Shown here in pieces: positions 13,546-25,336 of a DNA stretch of 64,000 bases. Below the pieces are notes generated by a model. It did no database searches. It had not been told where the DNA came from and saw nothing but the letters and a program-made list of their open reading frames with translations. A program made the translations under genes and the position numbers. Every line of letters begins with the position of its first letter. Position 1 is the stretch's first letter. This DNA is from Octopus sinensis (lineage: Eukaryota), in assembly GCF_006345805.1 (NCBI RefSeq), contig NC_043014.1:34658001-34722000 (forward strand). The letters run 5' to 3'.

Positions 13546-13571
13546 CCCTCTCTCTCTCTATATATATATAA

Positions 13572-15137
13572 TTCCGGGTAGAGGTAGGGGTCCACCAAGG
13601 CTCAGTCCTCAGCCCCCTCCTATTTATCATAGTCCTCCAGGCAATAACGGAGGAATTCAAGACAGGATGCCCCTGGGAGCTCCTCTATGCTGATGACCTT
13701 GCTCTAATTGCTGAGTCACTATCAGAACTGGAGGAGAAGTTTCAGGTATGGAAGCAAGGTTTAGAATCGAAGGGCCTTAGAGTCAATCTAGCTAAAACCA
13801 AAGTCCTAATAAGTAGGAAGGTAGACAAATCACAAACGCCTTCGATCTGTAGAAAAGGTGTAGGTAGAAACTCTATAAGATACACCAAGTGTAAGCTATG
13901 GACACATAAGAGGTGCAGCAATGTCAAAGGAAGGCTAACTAGGAAGATAGTTTTTGTATGTGGCAGATGCTCAGGAGCAATAAACACTGAAAATGCTCTG
14001 AGACCAACTTCTGCCACATTCCAGGGAGAAAAACTAGAAATAGTTGATAGCTTCTGTTACCTAGGTGACCAAGTCAGTAGCGGGGGTGGGTGTTCTGAAA
14101 GTGTAACTGCTAGAGTAAGAATAGCTTGGGCAAAGTTCAGAGAGCTCTTACCTCTACTGGTGCCAAAAGGCCTCTCGCTCAGAGTAAAAGGCAGACTGTA
14201 TGACACATGTGTACGAACAGCCATGCTACATGGCAGTGAAACTTGGGCTGTGACTGCTGAGGATATGCGTATGCTCGCAAGAAATGAAGCCAGTATGCTC
14301 CGATGGATGTGTAATGTCAGTGTTCATACTCGACAGAGTGTAAGTACCTTGAGAGAAAAGCTGGACCTAAGAAGCATCAGTTGTGGTGTGCAAGAGAGAC
14401 ATTTGCGCTGTGGTAAGAATGGATGAAGATAGTTGTGTGAAAAAGTGCCACACCCTAGCGGTTGAGGGAACCTGTGGAAGAGGCAGACCCAGGAAAACCT
14501 GGGACGAGGTGGTGAAGCACGACCTTCGAACTTTAGGTCTCACTGAGGAAATGACTAGAGACTGAGACCTTTGGAAGTGTGCTGTGCGTGAGAAGACCTG
14601 GCAGGACAAGTGAGACCATAACCCGTGGCCTCTACATGGGATGTGCCAGTCCACTTATGCATACCTTTCCTTCTTGGGACACAAAACTCTACTTTTGAAG
14701 ACCTGTTGAGGCAAGTGAGAATCGAAATCGATCAACATCAATGGAAATTGCAGCTGTGATACCAGTGCCGGTGGCACGTAAGAGAACCATCCAAACGAAG
14801 CCGTTTGCCAGCGCCGCCCCGACTGGCCTCATGCTGGTGGCACGTAAAAAGCACCATCCATTTCGTGGCCGTTGCCAGCCTCGCCTGGCCCCCGTGCCGG
14901 TGGCACGTAAAAAGCACCATCCGATCGTGGCCGTTTGCCAGCCTCGTCTGGCACCTGTGCCGGTGGCACATAAAAAGCACCCACTACACTCACGGAGTAG
15001 TTGGCGTTAGGAAGGGCATCCAGTCGTAGAAACATTGCCAGATCAGACTGGGCCTGGCGCAGCCTTCTGGCTTTCCAGACCCCAGTTGAACCGTCCAACC
15101 CATGCTAGCATGGAAAGCGGACACTAAACGATGATGA

Positions 15138-15140
<3 letters not shown>
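13572..15140 (+). mobile_element. 5'-truncated RTE-clade LINE: RT C-terminus with PHD-like insert, 3'UTR repeat array, (GAT)n tail
   Basis: VGVHQGSVLSPLLF..ELLYADDL..FCYLG..KGRLYDTCVRTAMLHGSETW..GRGRPRKTW; a few frameshifts or deletions; ends aaacgatgatgatga. Confidence 0.92.
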
Positions 15141-15190
<50 letters not shown>

Positions 15191-15205
15191 TAGATAGAGA
15201 GAGAA

Positions 15206-15430
15206 GGCGGCGAGCTGGCAGAAACGTTAGCACGCTGGGCGAAATGCATAGCCGTATTTCGTCTGCCGTTACGTTCTGAGTTCAAATTCCGCCGCGGTCG
15301 AGTTTGCCTTTCATCCTTTCGGGGTCGATAAATAAAGTACCAGTTTGGCACTGGGGTTGATGTAATCGACTTAATCCCTTTGTCTGTCCTTGTTTATCCC
15401 CTCTATGTTTAGCTCCTTGTGGGCAGTAAA
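15206..15430 (+). mobile_element. SINE family B monomer
   Basis: Full head, core and tail; CpG-rich. Confidence 0.88.
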
Positions 15431-15753
15431 ATATATATATACATATATATACACAAAACTTTTCTCCTTCAGGCTTAAGGCCTGAAATTTCGGGAGAGGG
15501 AGCTTGTCAATTACATCGACCAATAGGTACATCAAAAGATGTACGGCAGAGTTGACCTCGGCAGCATTTGAACTCAGAACCTAATGACAGAGACAGACGA
15601 AATGCCACAAAGTATTTTTGTTCAGCGTGTTAACGCTTCGAGATGATATATTCTACTCGTAAGATTAACCTGGAGCAAGGTAGATAACTCTGTTTCAATA
15701 GGCATCATATTAGTGGCCTCCAAACATTTATTTTGGAAAGATTACCAAATATT

Positions 15754-16341
15754 CTTTTCTATTCTAGGCACAAAGCCCGAAAATTTGGAGGAGGGGGCTA
15801 GTCGATTAGATCGACCCCAGTACGTAAATGGTACTTAATTTATCGACCCCGAAAGGATGAAAGGTAAAGTCGACCTCAGCGAAATTTGAACTCAGAACGT
15901 AGCGGCAGGCGAAATACCTATTTCTTTGTTACCCACAAGGGGTTAAACACAGAGAGGACAAACAAGAACAAACAAATGGATTAAGTCGATTATATCGACC
16001 CCAGTGCGTAACTGGTACTTATTTAATCGACCCCGAAAGGATGAAAGACAAAGTCGACCTCGGCGGAATTTGAACTCAGAACGTAGCGGCAGGCGAAATA
16101 CCTATTTCTTTGTTACCCACAAGGGGTTAAACACAGAGAGGACAAACAAGGACAGACAAAGGGATTAAGTCGATTACATCGACCTAGAGCGTAACTGGTA
16201 CTTTATTTATCGACCCCGAAAGGATGAAAGGCAAAGTCGACCTCGGCGGAACTTGAACTCAGAATGTAACGGCAGACGAAATACGGTTACACATTTCGCC
16301 CGGCGTGCTAACGTTTCTGCCAGCTCGCTGCCTTAAAGGAA
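15754..16341 (-). mobile_element. SINE family B, trimeric
   Basis: One head and three body units; TSD taccaaatatt at 15743-15753 and 16342-16352. Confidence 0.92.
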
Positions 16342-16820
16342 TACCAAATATTATCGACTGACTTAGTTGAGAACGCACGCACGCACACATTGCATCACAT
16401 CATCAAATAGTTTCTCAGTTGTTTCTCTTGACCTCTTTTGCAAGAGAGAATGCGTTATACACCATAAGCCCGAAGCGCCTTTACTATTCTACAGAACCTG
16501 TGTTCTTTCAAGGCAACGTGACCATCAATGTGAATAGATAAGACTTTTTCAGGCTTATTATCAGCCTAAGAAGTTTGATAATGAGTGGCCTGAGGAAGAG
16601 GTGGGTATTGTTAGCTGTTCAAACAGGAAGATGTTGGGTGTATTGGATATATACAGATTTGATGTAACCACTTATATACATAGACATCGTGATGGGGATA
16701 GAACGATAAAGATGGTAGCAGGGGGGAAGAGTGAATACAGATAGGTGCAATGCTATATTTGTTGCACGTATAGCATTATGTATGAAGCAGGAAAAAGGAT
16801 AAATGTTAGACATGAGAGAA

Positions 16821-17368
16821 CCGGATGCGAATTGTTTTTGCCACAGGAGTTCTGGACCCCAATAATAAACTCATTTGCATACAGCCAATCAGAGCTCACC
16901 TTGACCTTGTTGTCAAGTTAACAAAGTAAACTCTACCAAGTAATCTCAAGACGAAGAACGGTGTTGTAAATCGACCGATCGCCAAGTTATGTCTAATTTT
17001 AGGAGACAAGTAATTAGATAAGTATTATCAGATTTTGTTAGGGTCCCATATAGTAAAGATGTGAATGGAAAAAAGGTAGGTAGACGGTGATGTGCTAGCA
17101 ACCCGCTCCCCTTACTGTTTTAGAAAGCAAACAACAACACAAATAACTACGCAGAGGCAGCCATGGTTGAAACAAGAACAAGAACAACAAGCATTATTAA
17201 AAGAGAAAAAAAGCATGGTCATTCCTTACCCAAGTGACCTTATCTTATCGCCCATCACTTGTTATGTGCTCATAAATTAGTTTGATAGTTGAGCTCTGAT
17301 TGGCTGTATGCAAATGAGTTCATAATGGGTCCGGAACTCTCGCAGGGAAAAAAAATTCCGCAGGCCGG
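16821..17368. mobile_element. MITE-like element with long terminal inverted repeats
   Basis: 16868-16897 is the perfect 30-bp reverse complement of 17291-17320; imperfect pairing extends outward to ~16821 and ~17368; no ORF. Confidence 0.75.
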
Positions 17369-17559
17369 ACAGATCCAGTGTCATTCTTAGTTTCAGGGAA
17401 CAGGAGAAAGGGACGATGGAGGGAGTGAGTGAGTGATAGAGAGATTAGAGTGAATAAAAGAAGCAGTGGGTACCAAATGGAAACATAATAGGGACATGTT
17501 GGGCAAGAAACTCAAGTGTAAGCAGCGTAACCCATGCCAGCACAGAGAGCGGCTGTTCA

Positions 17560-17960
17560 ATGATCATGATGACGACGACGACTCAACTTTCATCACTACT
17601 ATTATTTTTATGTTCTTTTCGCCATGCTTGAGTGTGTTCTACAGCACCGCATGTTGCCAGTCATCACGGTCTTTTATTATTTCCTTTATGAGGTCATGTA
17701 TTCTATTTCGTTCCATATTTTCCTGGACCTCCTTCTGTCACAGTTTCCATCCACTTTGTGTGCCTAGCTCTTTATTATGAAGTTGACATGTTCCATGTGC
17801 ATTTCATACTTGTATCAATACTATCTTCCCTCTTGTACTCAACATCTGACTCTTCTTATATCTAGGTTTTAGCTCATTTGTGCTTTGTCGTTCATATATA
17901 CTAACATTACACATTTAGTAGCTCATGCTGCTTTTATAATTTCTTGTTAGTCTCCACAAC
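17560..17960 (-). mobile_element. Degenerate RTE 3' coding remnant
   Basis: Minus strand reads ..EVQENMERNRIHDLIKEIIKDRDDWQHAVL, resembling the RTE C-terminal DR..W motif; multiple stops. Confidence 0.4.
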
Positions 17961-18222
17961 TCCTCCAGATGAATTCCGTTTAAACCGGTGACAATCGACT
18001 GCTCGGCATTGACAAGCCTCGACAAAGGTGAAACAAGTCTCGTTTTCGTGAATCACTGCTGTGACGATGTTCGTCTCGCTTCGATATAAATTGTATTTTT
18101 AATACGAGTCTATTAAAATATTTTATCACAGTATTATGCCTTCTGGCGATCTGTATGCATTTGGTATGACATACAGATGGCAATTTTCATTTAATGCTCT
18201 TTCATTTGTGTTTACCGAGTTT

Positions 18223-19316
18223 GGTGCTAGTATACTGTGCGGTCTACACGTTGTCAAACAGTATAGCCAGAGTTATCTACCTTAAAAACTAATCGTCATC
18301 ACCTCACCTTTCTACTTGAAGTTTACCTTGTATTGAAAGATTTTTATATACGTGTCATCTTGATAGAGGAAACAGCAGTCACATTTTTAAAAGATTACAA
18401 TCAACTGGATACTCAAGAAGAAGCAAATCCCTGCCATCGATGCGGTGCTGTCATGCAGGAAAAACAAAAGCGTGGCAGAGGTGAACAATCCAGGCCTGTA
18501 CTTCGTTGTCCTCGAAAGAAGTGTCAAACTTTCCGTTCAGTTTGTAAAGGAAACCAATTTTCCCATTATATGGACATTTACAAATTAAACTGCAAGCTGA
18601 GCCTGAGTGAGAACTAATATTTTTCTTTATTATGGATATACCCATGAACATAGCAATGACTCTGACAGGAAAATCTAAAAATACAATACCTGATTGGTAC
18701 AATATGTGCTTCGAGGTGTGTGTATCCATGACATGAGACGTTTATTGTTAAAATGAATTGTCTTGATTCACCTGTGTAATTTCTTTATCATATAAAATAA
18801 TATAAGATTCTGTTTTTCTTATTTGTGTAATTCCTTTATAAAGTACGAAGTGTTTTATCTCTGAAATATCTGAAGTTTTTTTAATCTCTGAAATATCTGG
18901 AAATATCTGAAAGATAAGGTAGATAACCCTGTTTGACAGCGTCGTAAACCGCATATTGTGGAAGCACGACGACGAGGGTTCCGGTTGATCCGAATCAACG
19001 GAACAGCCTGCTCGTGAAGTTAACGTGTAAGTGGCTGAGCACTCCACAGACACGTGTACCCTTAACGTAGTTCTCGGGGATATTCAGCGTGACACAGAGA
19101 GTGACAAGGCCGGCCCTTTGAAATACAGGTACGACAGAAACAGGAAGTAAGAGTGAGAGAAAGTTGTGCCGGAGCCTCGTGGAGCTTTAGGTGTTTTCGC
19201 TCAATAATCACTCACAACGCCCGGTCTGGGAATCGAAACCGCAATCCTATGACCGCGTGTCCGCTGCCCTAACCACTGGGCCATTGCGCCTCCAGACCGC
19301 ATATTATACTAGCACC
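18223..19316 (+). mobile_element. Merlin/IS1016 (ISXO2)-like DNA transposon remnant with TIRs
   Basis: Peptides CHRCGAVM..LRCPRKKCQTFRSVCKGN and TIPDWYNMCFEVC; TIR ggtgctagtatactgtgcggtc (18223) pairs with gaccgcatattatactagcacc (ends 19316). Family assignment is from remembered motifs. Confidence 0.65.
18958..19295 (-). mobile_element. tRNA-derived SINE inserted in the Merlin right TIR
   Basis: Head ggaggcgcaatggcccagtggttagg..ggtttcgattcc; TSD accgcatatt at 18948-18957 and 19296-19305. Confidence 0.9.
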
Positions 19317-20189
19317 AGTTGTATTCTATTTCCCTTAACAATCTAACAATAAAAGAAATACTTTGTCATTGTTTACAAAGTATAACTTTAATCAAAACCA
19401 AACTTCTTATATATTATTAACGTTTTACTTTATATTTTCAATTTGTTTAAAACTTATCTGATAAATTTCCCGATGAACTGTGTCAGAACGCCTTTTTTTC
19501 ACGAATCCCCTCTTTGTTTCTTCCAGGAAAGTGAAATATACTTCCTCTGTTTAATTCTTAGTAATGAGCCAACGAGGGGACTACTAGAAAAGAAATCATA
19601 TCTCACCCTATTGTCTTAAAATTTAAAAAAAGCGAAGAAAACACTGCTCAGAGTAGTCGTTAAAAAAGGAGTCGTCATGGCTGGAAGGATTTTTTTTATA
19701 CAAAAGACCCGAATCACCGGAGTTGGCCTAGCCCTGTGCAACGACTACGATTTCTGGATGGTCCTCAATCTAAACAGAAATTTGGAATTCATATTCAAGT
19801 ATTGCACACTTCGTTATTTCAATGAATCCTTAATTTCAGGTGATAAAGGAACCTTGATAAGACAATACATTCTGTAGTCGTTTTCACTTCTATCTGTGTA
19901 ACTGGCTTCAAGTGGCAAGACAATTAAAAGAGCGTAGGACAAAATGATTTGCTTTATTTAGTGACAGTACTTTACGTTCTGAGTTCAGACCTGCCGGGAT
20001 CGATAGAATAAAAACAAGAAAAAAGAGCTGGAGTCGATTTAAGCGACGGTCCCCGCCGCTTTCTACGTGTGTGCAGCTGTATGTCTACATTAGAATTGAA
20101 TGACTGAAGGAAATAAAATAAAATTTCATTAGCCATCAAATTAGTCAATGAGAGTAATGTCCCTTGTATCCACTGTTTATCAACTGCAA

Positions 20190-20340
20190 AAAAATGCGCG
20201 CGAGAATTCAGAGCATGCGCTCCAATAAAGTTAACTTCGTTTGCAACGCACTCGCAGAGTTTACTCCTGCTTTCTTTCCGGATTTCCATTCCTTCTAATA
20301 CTGAAAGATCTTCCATTTTATTCTGAATTGATTTGAAAAA
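20190..20340 (+). promoter_or_regulatory. Putative CKS promoter with E2F-like, NRF1-like, CCAAT and CHR-like motifs
   Basis: GCGCGCGAGAA 20196-20206 (E2F-like on the minus strand), GAGCATGCGC 20211-20220 (one mismatch to NRF1 GCGCATGCGC), CCAAT 20222-20226, TTTGAA 20332-20337; locally CpG-rich. Confidence 0.55.
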
Positions 20341-20371
20341 TACAAAACAAAAAAATTCTCCACTTTTACTG
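20240..20371 (+). other. CKS1: Probable non-coding first exon (5'UTR) of the CKS gene; start approximate
   Basis: ATG-free segment just downstream of a CpG-rich motif cluster, ending in a consensus donor ctg|GTGAGT (20372). The CKS ATG exon begins with an acceptor and so needs an upstream exon. The splice link is inferred. Confidence 0.6.
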
Positions 20372-21999
20372 GTGAGTGTCGTCTTAACTGTGTGTAACTT
20401 AGAATCGTTATCTGTCACATTTTACAATAACAAAAGCTGAGATCCATCGTTTCTCTCAGGGACTTTTTTCCTACCTTGTTTTATTGATCTCTTATAGAAC
20501 TCCCACTCTATTTACCGTAAAAAGCATTTTACATAGCTCATTAAAAGTAGCCAATTATATATATATATATATATATATATGCATCCGTATATTTGTGTTT
20601 ATAAACAGGAGAAATGTGTACGCGATGCACATAGATTATATATATATCAAAAGTTTGAGATATTATTTGTTGCTAATTAGTTTCATATTACTCCAACTCT
20701 AGTAGCAACAGTAATATCAGATTTTAATAAATATAAATATAGTTGCACACACCCGTCAAACTAATAATGATTTCTTTTTTTCATCCCATCCCTCGGTATC
20801 GTTATCTTTGTTTATAAGCCTTTTGACAGTTGTGTTGTTTAAAATTAAATGGAACACTAAATCTAAGCTGATTGCAACCACTTTTGTTTGGATCCACCGA
20901 TTATTATGCAATTTTGGAACTGTTCAAGAATGTTCCTGCTTCAATGTTCACCAGTTTATATAAACAAACATGGAGACGGGCGACCAAAGTTGTAATACTG
21001 TAGTTTTGAAGTTGGTGAAAGAAATTTAGACATTTAGCATGTACACTTTCCTGGAGAAACCACGAGGCTACTCTCTTAAATGGCCGGAATCAATACTTGA
21101 TCGCCCTTTACGAGCCTTTTACTTTTTAGTGTGTGTTACTATGGATTTAGAATTTGTTTTTAATCTATTCTTACCAGTGTGATTTATAAATTGGGGAAAT
21201 AGCATACCGGAATCATTTACTGTTTTCTAATTATTATTTGTTTAAATATTTCCTTATTCAACATAGTCCTTCGTTTCTCAATGGTCAATAAACTGAGTGC
21301 CGAGATTTTTCACTGGGAATATATTTGGGATAAAACTAGCACCCATGAAAGATTTTTACATCACCTTATTGTTTTGTGCATTGTACATAGAGATGCGAAT
21401 AATATTTTTCTTTCTGAGAGAGTTCGAATGAACATGATTTTACTCAGTTTCTTACTGAAATGTTATCTCACATTGATTCAAGGAGAACGAATAATTTAGT
21501 GAATTGCTCCAGTTGATGCACTAAACATTTCTTTTTTTACATCAGCCTCAGATGATTGATAAATCCTATCTAGCATGATTTGAACTCAAAAGATACTTGG
21601 ATAAAGCTGTATGCTCTCACACATTTAATTCCTCAGTCTACCATTCCAACCATTCAACTTGAAACTACCACACTGAATAACTTTACTTTTCATTTTATGA
21701 TCCTGACTACACCAAGAACATAATTATACCAAAGTTTATTTATTATCTAGTTTAATTTATATGAACTCTGTTATATGTAGATTGGAGAGTTGAGGAGGAA
21801 GGATTAGCTCAAAATAGACTTTTACTAGAACCCTTCAGTAGTCAGATTACTCTGTCAAATGTAACCAATCATGCATTATCTCATAGCTTAGAGATTGTGA
21901 CGATGTGATTGCTTATTTTATGGATGACATTGCAGGGTATGTGTGAGAGGTGTGACCGGGCCTGTTTAAATAATAAAGGTTTTAAGGGAGAATTCAGAA

Positions 22000-22370
22000 C
22001 TTTGGAACATGTTTTGCAGTATTTCTTCCAGCTGCTTACATTCTGAGTTCAAATTCTGCTGATTTGACTTTGCCTTTTATCCTTTCGGAGTCAATAAAAT
22101 AAGTATCAGTTGAACTCTGGAATTGATTGATTCAACTAACCACATCCACCTAAAATTGCTAGCCTTGTGCCAAAATCTGAAACCATTAAGGTGGATGAAA
22201 TGCTTAGCAGCATTTCCCCCAGCTCTTTACATTCTAAATTCCAAACTGCCAAGGTCAGATTTGCCTTTCATCCTTTTGGTGGGTTGATAAAATACCAGTG
22301 AAGTACTGAGGTTGATGTCATCCTCCCAACAAAATTGCTGGCCTTATGCCAAAATTAGAAAAAAAAAATC
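22000..22370 (+). mobile_element. Two adjacent decayed SINE family B copies
   Basis: Two core motifs at ~22060 and ~22255. Confidence 0.7.
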
Positions 22371-22599
22371 ATGTCTTGGTTCCCACTACTCAACTGAATC
22401 AATAGATGAATAAAAGACAAAATGTTCAATGGTGAAATAATAATTTAAATTCTAGTATCAACCATGGTCATCTTTCATGTACTTGCCTGGTATTTTGCAA
22501 ATGACTTAGTGTTCAATCATCTTCAAGTGCTCTGTGTTTACACATCTGGGCTGGGTTTGGACTAACACCTTTATTTCTTATTGCAAAAAAAGATTCAAG

Positions 22600-22820
22600 C
22601 GAAGTCATTGCCAGTACCGCCTGACTGGCCTCCGTGCCGGTGGCACATAAAAGCACCCGCTACATTCTCAGAGTGGTTGGCGTTAGGAAGGGCATCCAGC
22701 TGTAGAAATTCTGCCAGATCAAGATTGGAGCATGATGCAGCCATCTGGTTTGCCAGCCCTCAGTCAAATCGTCCAACCCATGCTAGCATGGAAAGCGGAC
22801 GTTAAACGATGGTGATGATG
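22600..22820 (+). mobile_element. RTE-type 3' tail copy
   Basis: gagtggttggcgttaggaagggcatccagc..ggaaagcggacgttaaacgat(gat)n. Confidence 0.85.
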
Positions 22821-22870
22821 AATCCCTTGATTATAGGATAGTGCTATGTATGTGCATCTGAATATACACA

Positions 22871-23755
22871 CACAGTGCAGTGAATATGTCATCTAAATTA
22901 CGCAAAATTGAAAATAACACTGACATCTCATTTTAACAGATATATTTACCAAAATTACATAAAAATATCTTGAAATACTAAAGAGTAAATTTATTCAATA
23001 AAATCATGATTGGCTTCAACCGTAGCCTCCAGACAACTTCAGAATCTCCTGCAACTCTTCTGGATGGCCTTCTTGTTTAAATTGGTGAATGCTGCCATAA
23101 TCTTTGCCTTAAGTTCATCTTTGGAGTTACAAGGAGTTTTGTTGGTCTCTCACTCAACTGCACCCCACACATAATAATCAAGGAGGTTGCAGTCTGGTGA
23201 GTTAGGTGGTCAGATGTTACGGGTGATGTGGTTGTAGAAATTGTCTGACAGCCAAGACTTGGTTCTCTTGCTTGTGTGGCATGGTGCAGAGCCCTGTTGC
23301 CAGACAGGGTCTTCCAGCAGCCACCCTCTTGACTCGGGGCAGCACTACCTCCTTCCAGGCACTTGATGTAGGCCTCTGTGTTGAGTCTGAGGCTGTGTGG
23401 GAAAATGAATGGAGGCATAATGTTGCCATCACCAGTGATCACTTGAAACACCATGGTGTTCACTGGATGTTTGATTTTTATCACCCTCAGTACATGTTTT
23501 GGGGACATGGCAAGCCAACGCTTGTTCTGTGTGTTCACCATCTGTTCATATTGGAGCTTCCAGTGTGAATGCCAAGCAGTACAGCATGTTGTTTCCAAAT
23601 TTCTGGCAGAGTGAACTGTGTCATGGTGCTGGTTTTATCACAGACAGTGCCCAACTGACCCTACTATACTGTGTAGTCGACAAAATCAATAATAAACAAT
23701 GCACATGCGCCAAATTAAAAATGTAAACTGGTGACAGCTTACCCATCACACCGTG
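22871..23755 (-). mobile_element. Tc1/mariner (maT-like) transposon remnant
   Basis: Frameshifted MVFQVITGDGNIMPPFIFP..LNTEAYIKCLE..WQQGSAPCHTS..WPPNSPDCNLLDYYVWGAVE; right terminus ..acccatcacaccgtg followed by TA. Confidence 0.85.
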
Positions 23756-24040
23756 TATTCTCTAAAAATCATGTCTGGCCATGAAAAAATATTACTTTGC
23801 TTGGAAACAGGAAAGATGTCCAACTGTTAAAATCTGCCTTAATAAATTCTGTCTGCCCCATTCAAGCATGGAAGAGTAGGTGTTGATACACATGCACACA
23901 TCCATGTTAAAGTCTGTCTTGAGCCTACAGGCTCATTAAGCTGACACTCCTCTTGTTTTCTGATGTGTTAGGCAACTGATAGTAACTTTCCTCTTGACAA
24001 GAAGCTAGTCCACTCAACTAAAGCAACATGAAATGGAGTG

Positions 24041-24458
24041 AAAAGGCAGCAAGCTGGCAGAAACGTTAGCACGCCGGACGAAATGCTTATCAGTATTTCG
24101 TCCTCCGTTATGTTCTGAGTTCAAATTCCGCCGAGGTCGACTTTGCCTTTCATCCTTTCTAGATCGATAAATTAGTACCAGTTATGCACTGGGGTCGATG
24201 TAATCGACTTAACCCCTTTGTCTGTCCTTGTTTGTCCCCTCTGTATTTAGCCCCTTGTGGGTAGTAAAGAAATAGGTATTTTGTCTGCTGTTACGTTCTA
24301 AGTTCAAATTCCGCCAAGGTCGACTTTGCCTTTCATTCTTTTCGGGATCGATAAATTAAGTACCAGTTATGCACTGGGGTCGATGTAATCGACTTGACCC
24401 CTGTGTTTGTCTTTGTTTGTCCCCTCTATGTTTAGCCCCTTGTGGGCAATAAAGAAAT
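24041..24458 (+). mobile_element. SINE family B, dimeric
   Basis: One head and two bodies; TSD atgaaatggagtg at 24028-24040 and 24459-24471. Confidence 0.92.
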
Positions 24459-25336
24459 ATGAAATGGAGTGTAATGCTGCAGCACACAATGCTCCACCTG
24501 GTCTGGCAATCAAACCAATGACCTTATGATCATGACGTCAACACCCTAACTACTAGGCCGTGCCCCTTCATATGTATATGATGCGAAACTGTTGATGATA
24601 TGAAACCAAACAGATTAAATTGTATATTTGACAATTCTGTTTTATTAAAAATGGTTAGAAAGTACATATGTTCACTCTTTCACCATAACCATAAATTCCA
24701 TTTTGATGCAGACTTGGGTGCAATTCCAATGCATTTGCAGCCAGTAGAAATTTGAGAAATACTTGTCAAGATGTTTTTACAAGTAGTTTTTGTTAGTTCT
24801 TTCATACTGGTATGAATTAGATGGGTTTTCTCTTTCGAGGCTCAGCATCCCCAGAACTAACCTCTAGTAATCTACTCCCACCACACACACACCAAATAGT
24901 TCTGCTGCACAATTGGCTGCTGAGGAGCTGACCAAAAGTTGTTGCACTGCAGATATGCTAAACTTGAATCTGTTCTAGAAACATGTTATATATTTTGCTC
25001 TGTGATGTTAAACTATTTAGGTCTGTTGAGCAACAAGCATATTATATCACAAAATTATTAAAAATTATGACAGCAGTTAAAATGGAAGAAGATTATCTTC
25101 TAGCTCTCGTGTTGAACAATTCTTGGAAACTTTTAATGCTTTCACACTGAAATCCCCTGGAACCACTTTTAGGAGGAATGTTATAATTTCAGTCACTTAT
25201 ACATCTTGGAAACTAGGTAACCATCTCTATGCATCTTAGAACTTAAGTCTATATACAGAATACTTAATAATTATACAGGGTGGACCAAAAGTCATGCACA
25301 AAATCAGTCCAGAATGCTCCAGAATTGTCAAAGACC

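Noticed and set aside
16590-16630. CTGAGGAAGAG..CAAAC hammerhead-like core (also CTGATGAG at ~40163 and ~42231)
   Set aside because: The GAAA core is missing and I could not build the flanking stems.
19972-20418. 148-aa minus-strand ORF (MEDLSVLEGMEIRKES..)
   Set aside because: It is antisense to the promoter motifs and + strand donor, runs into SINE-like sequence, and has no recognisable domain or minus-strand splice signals.
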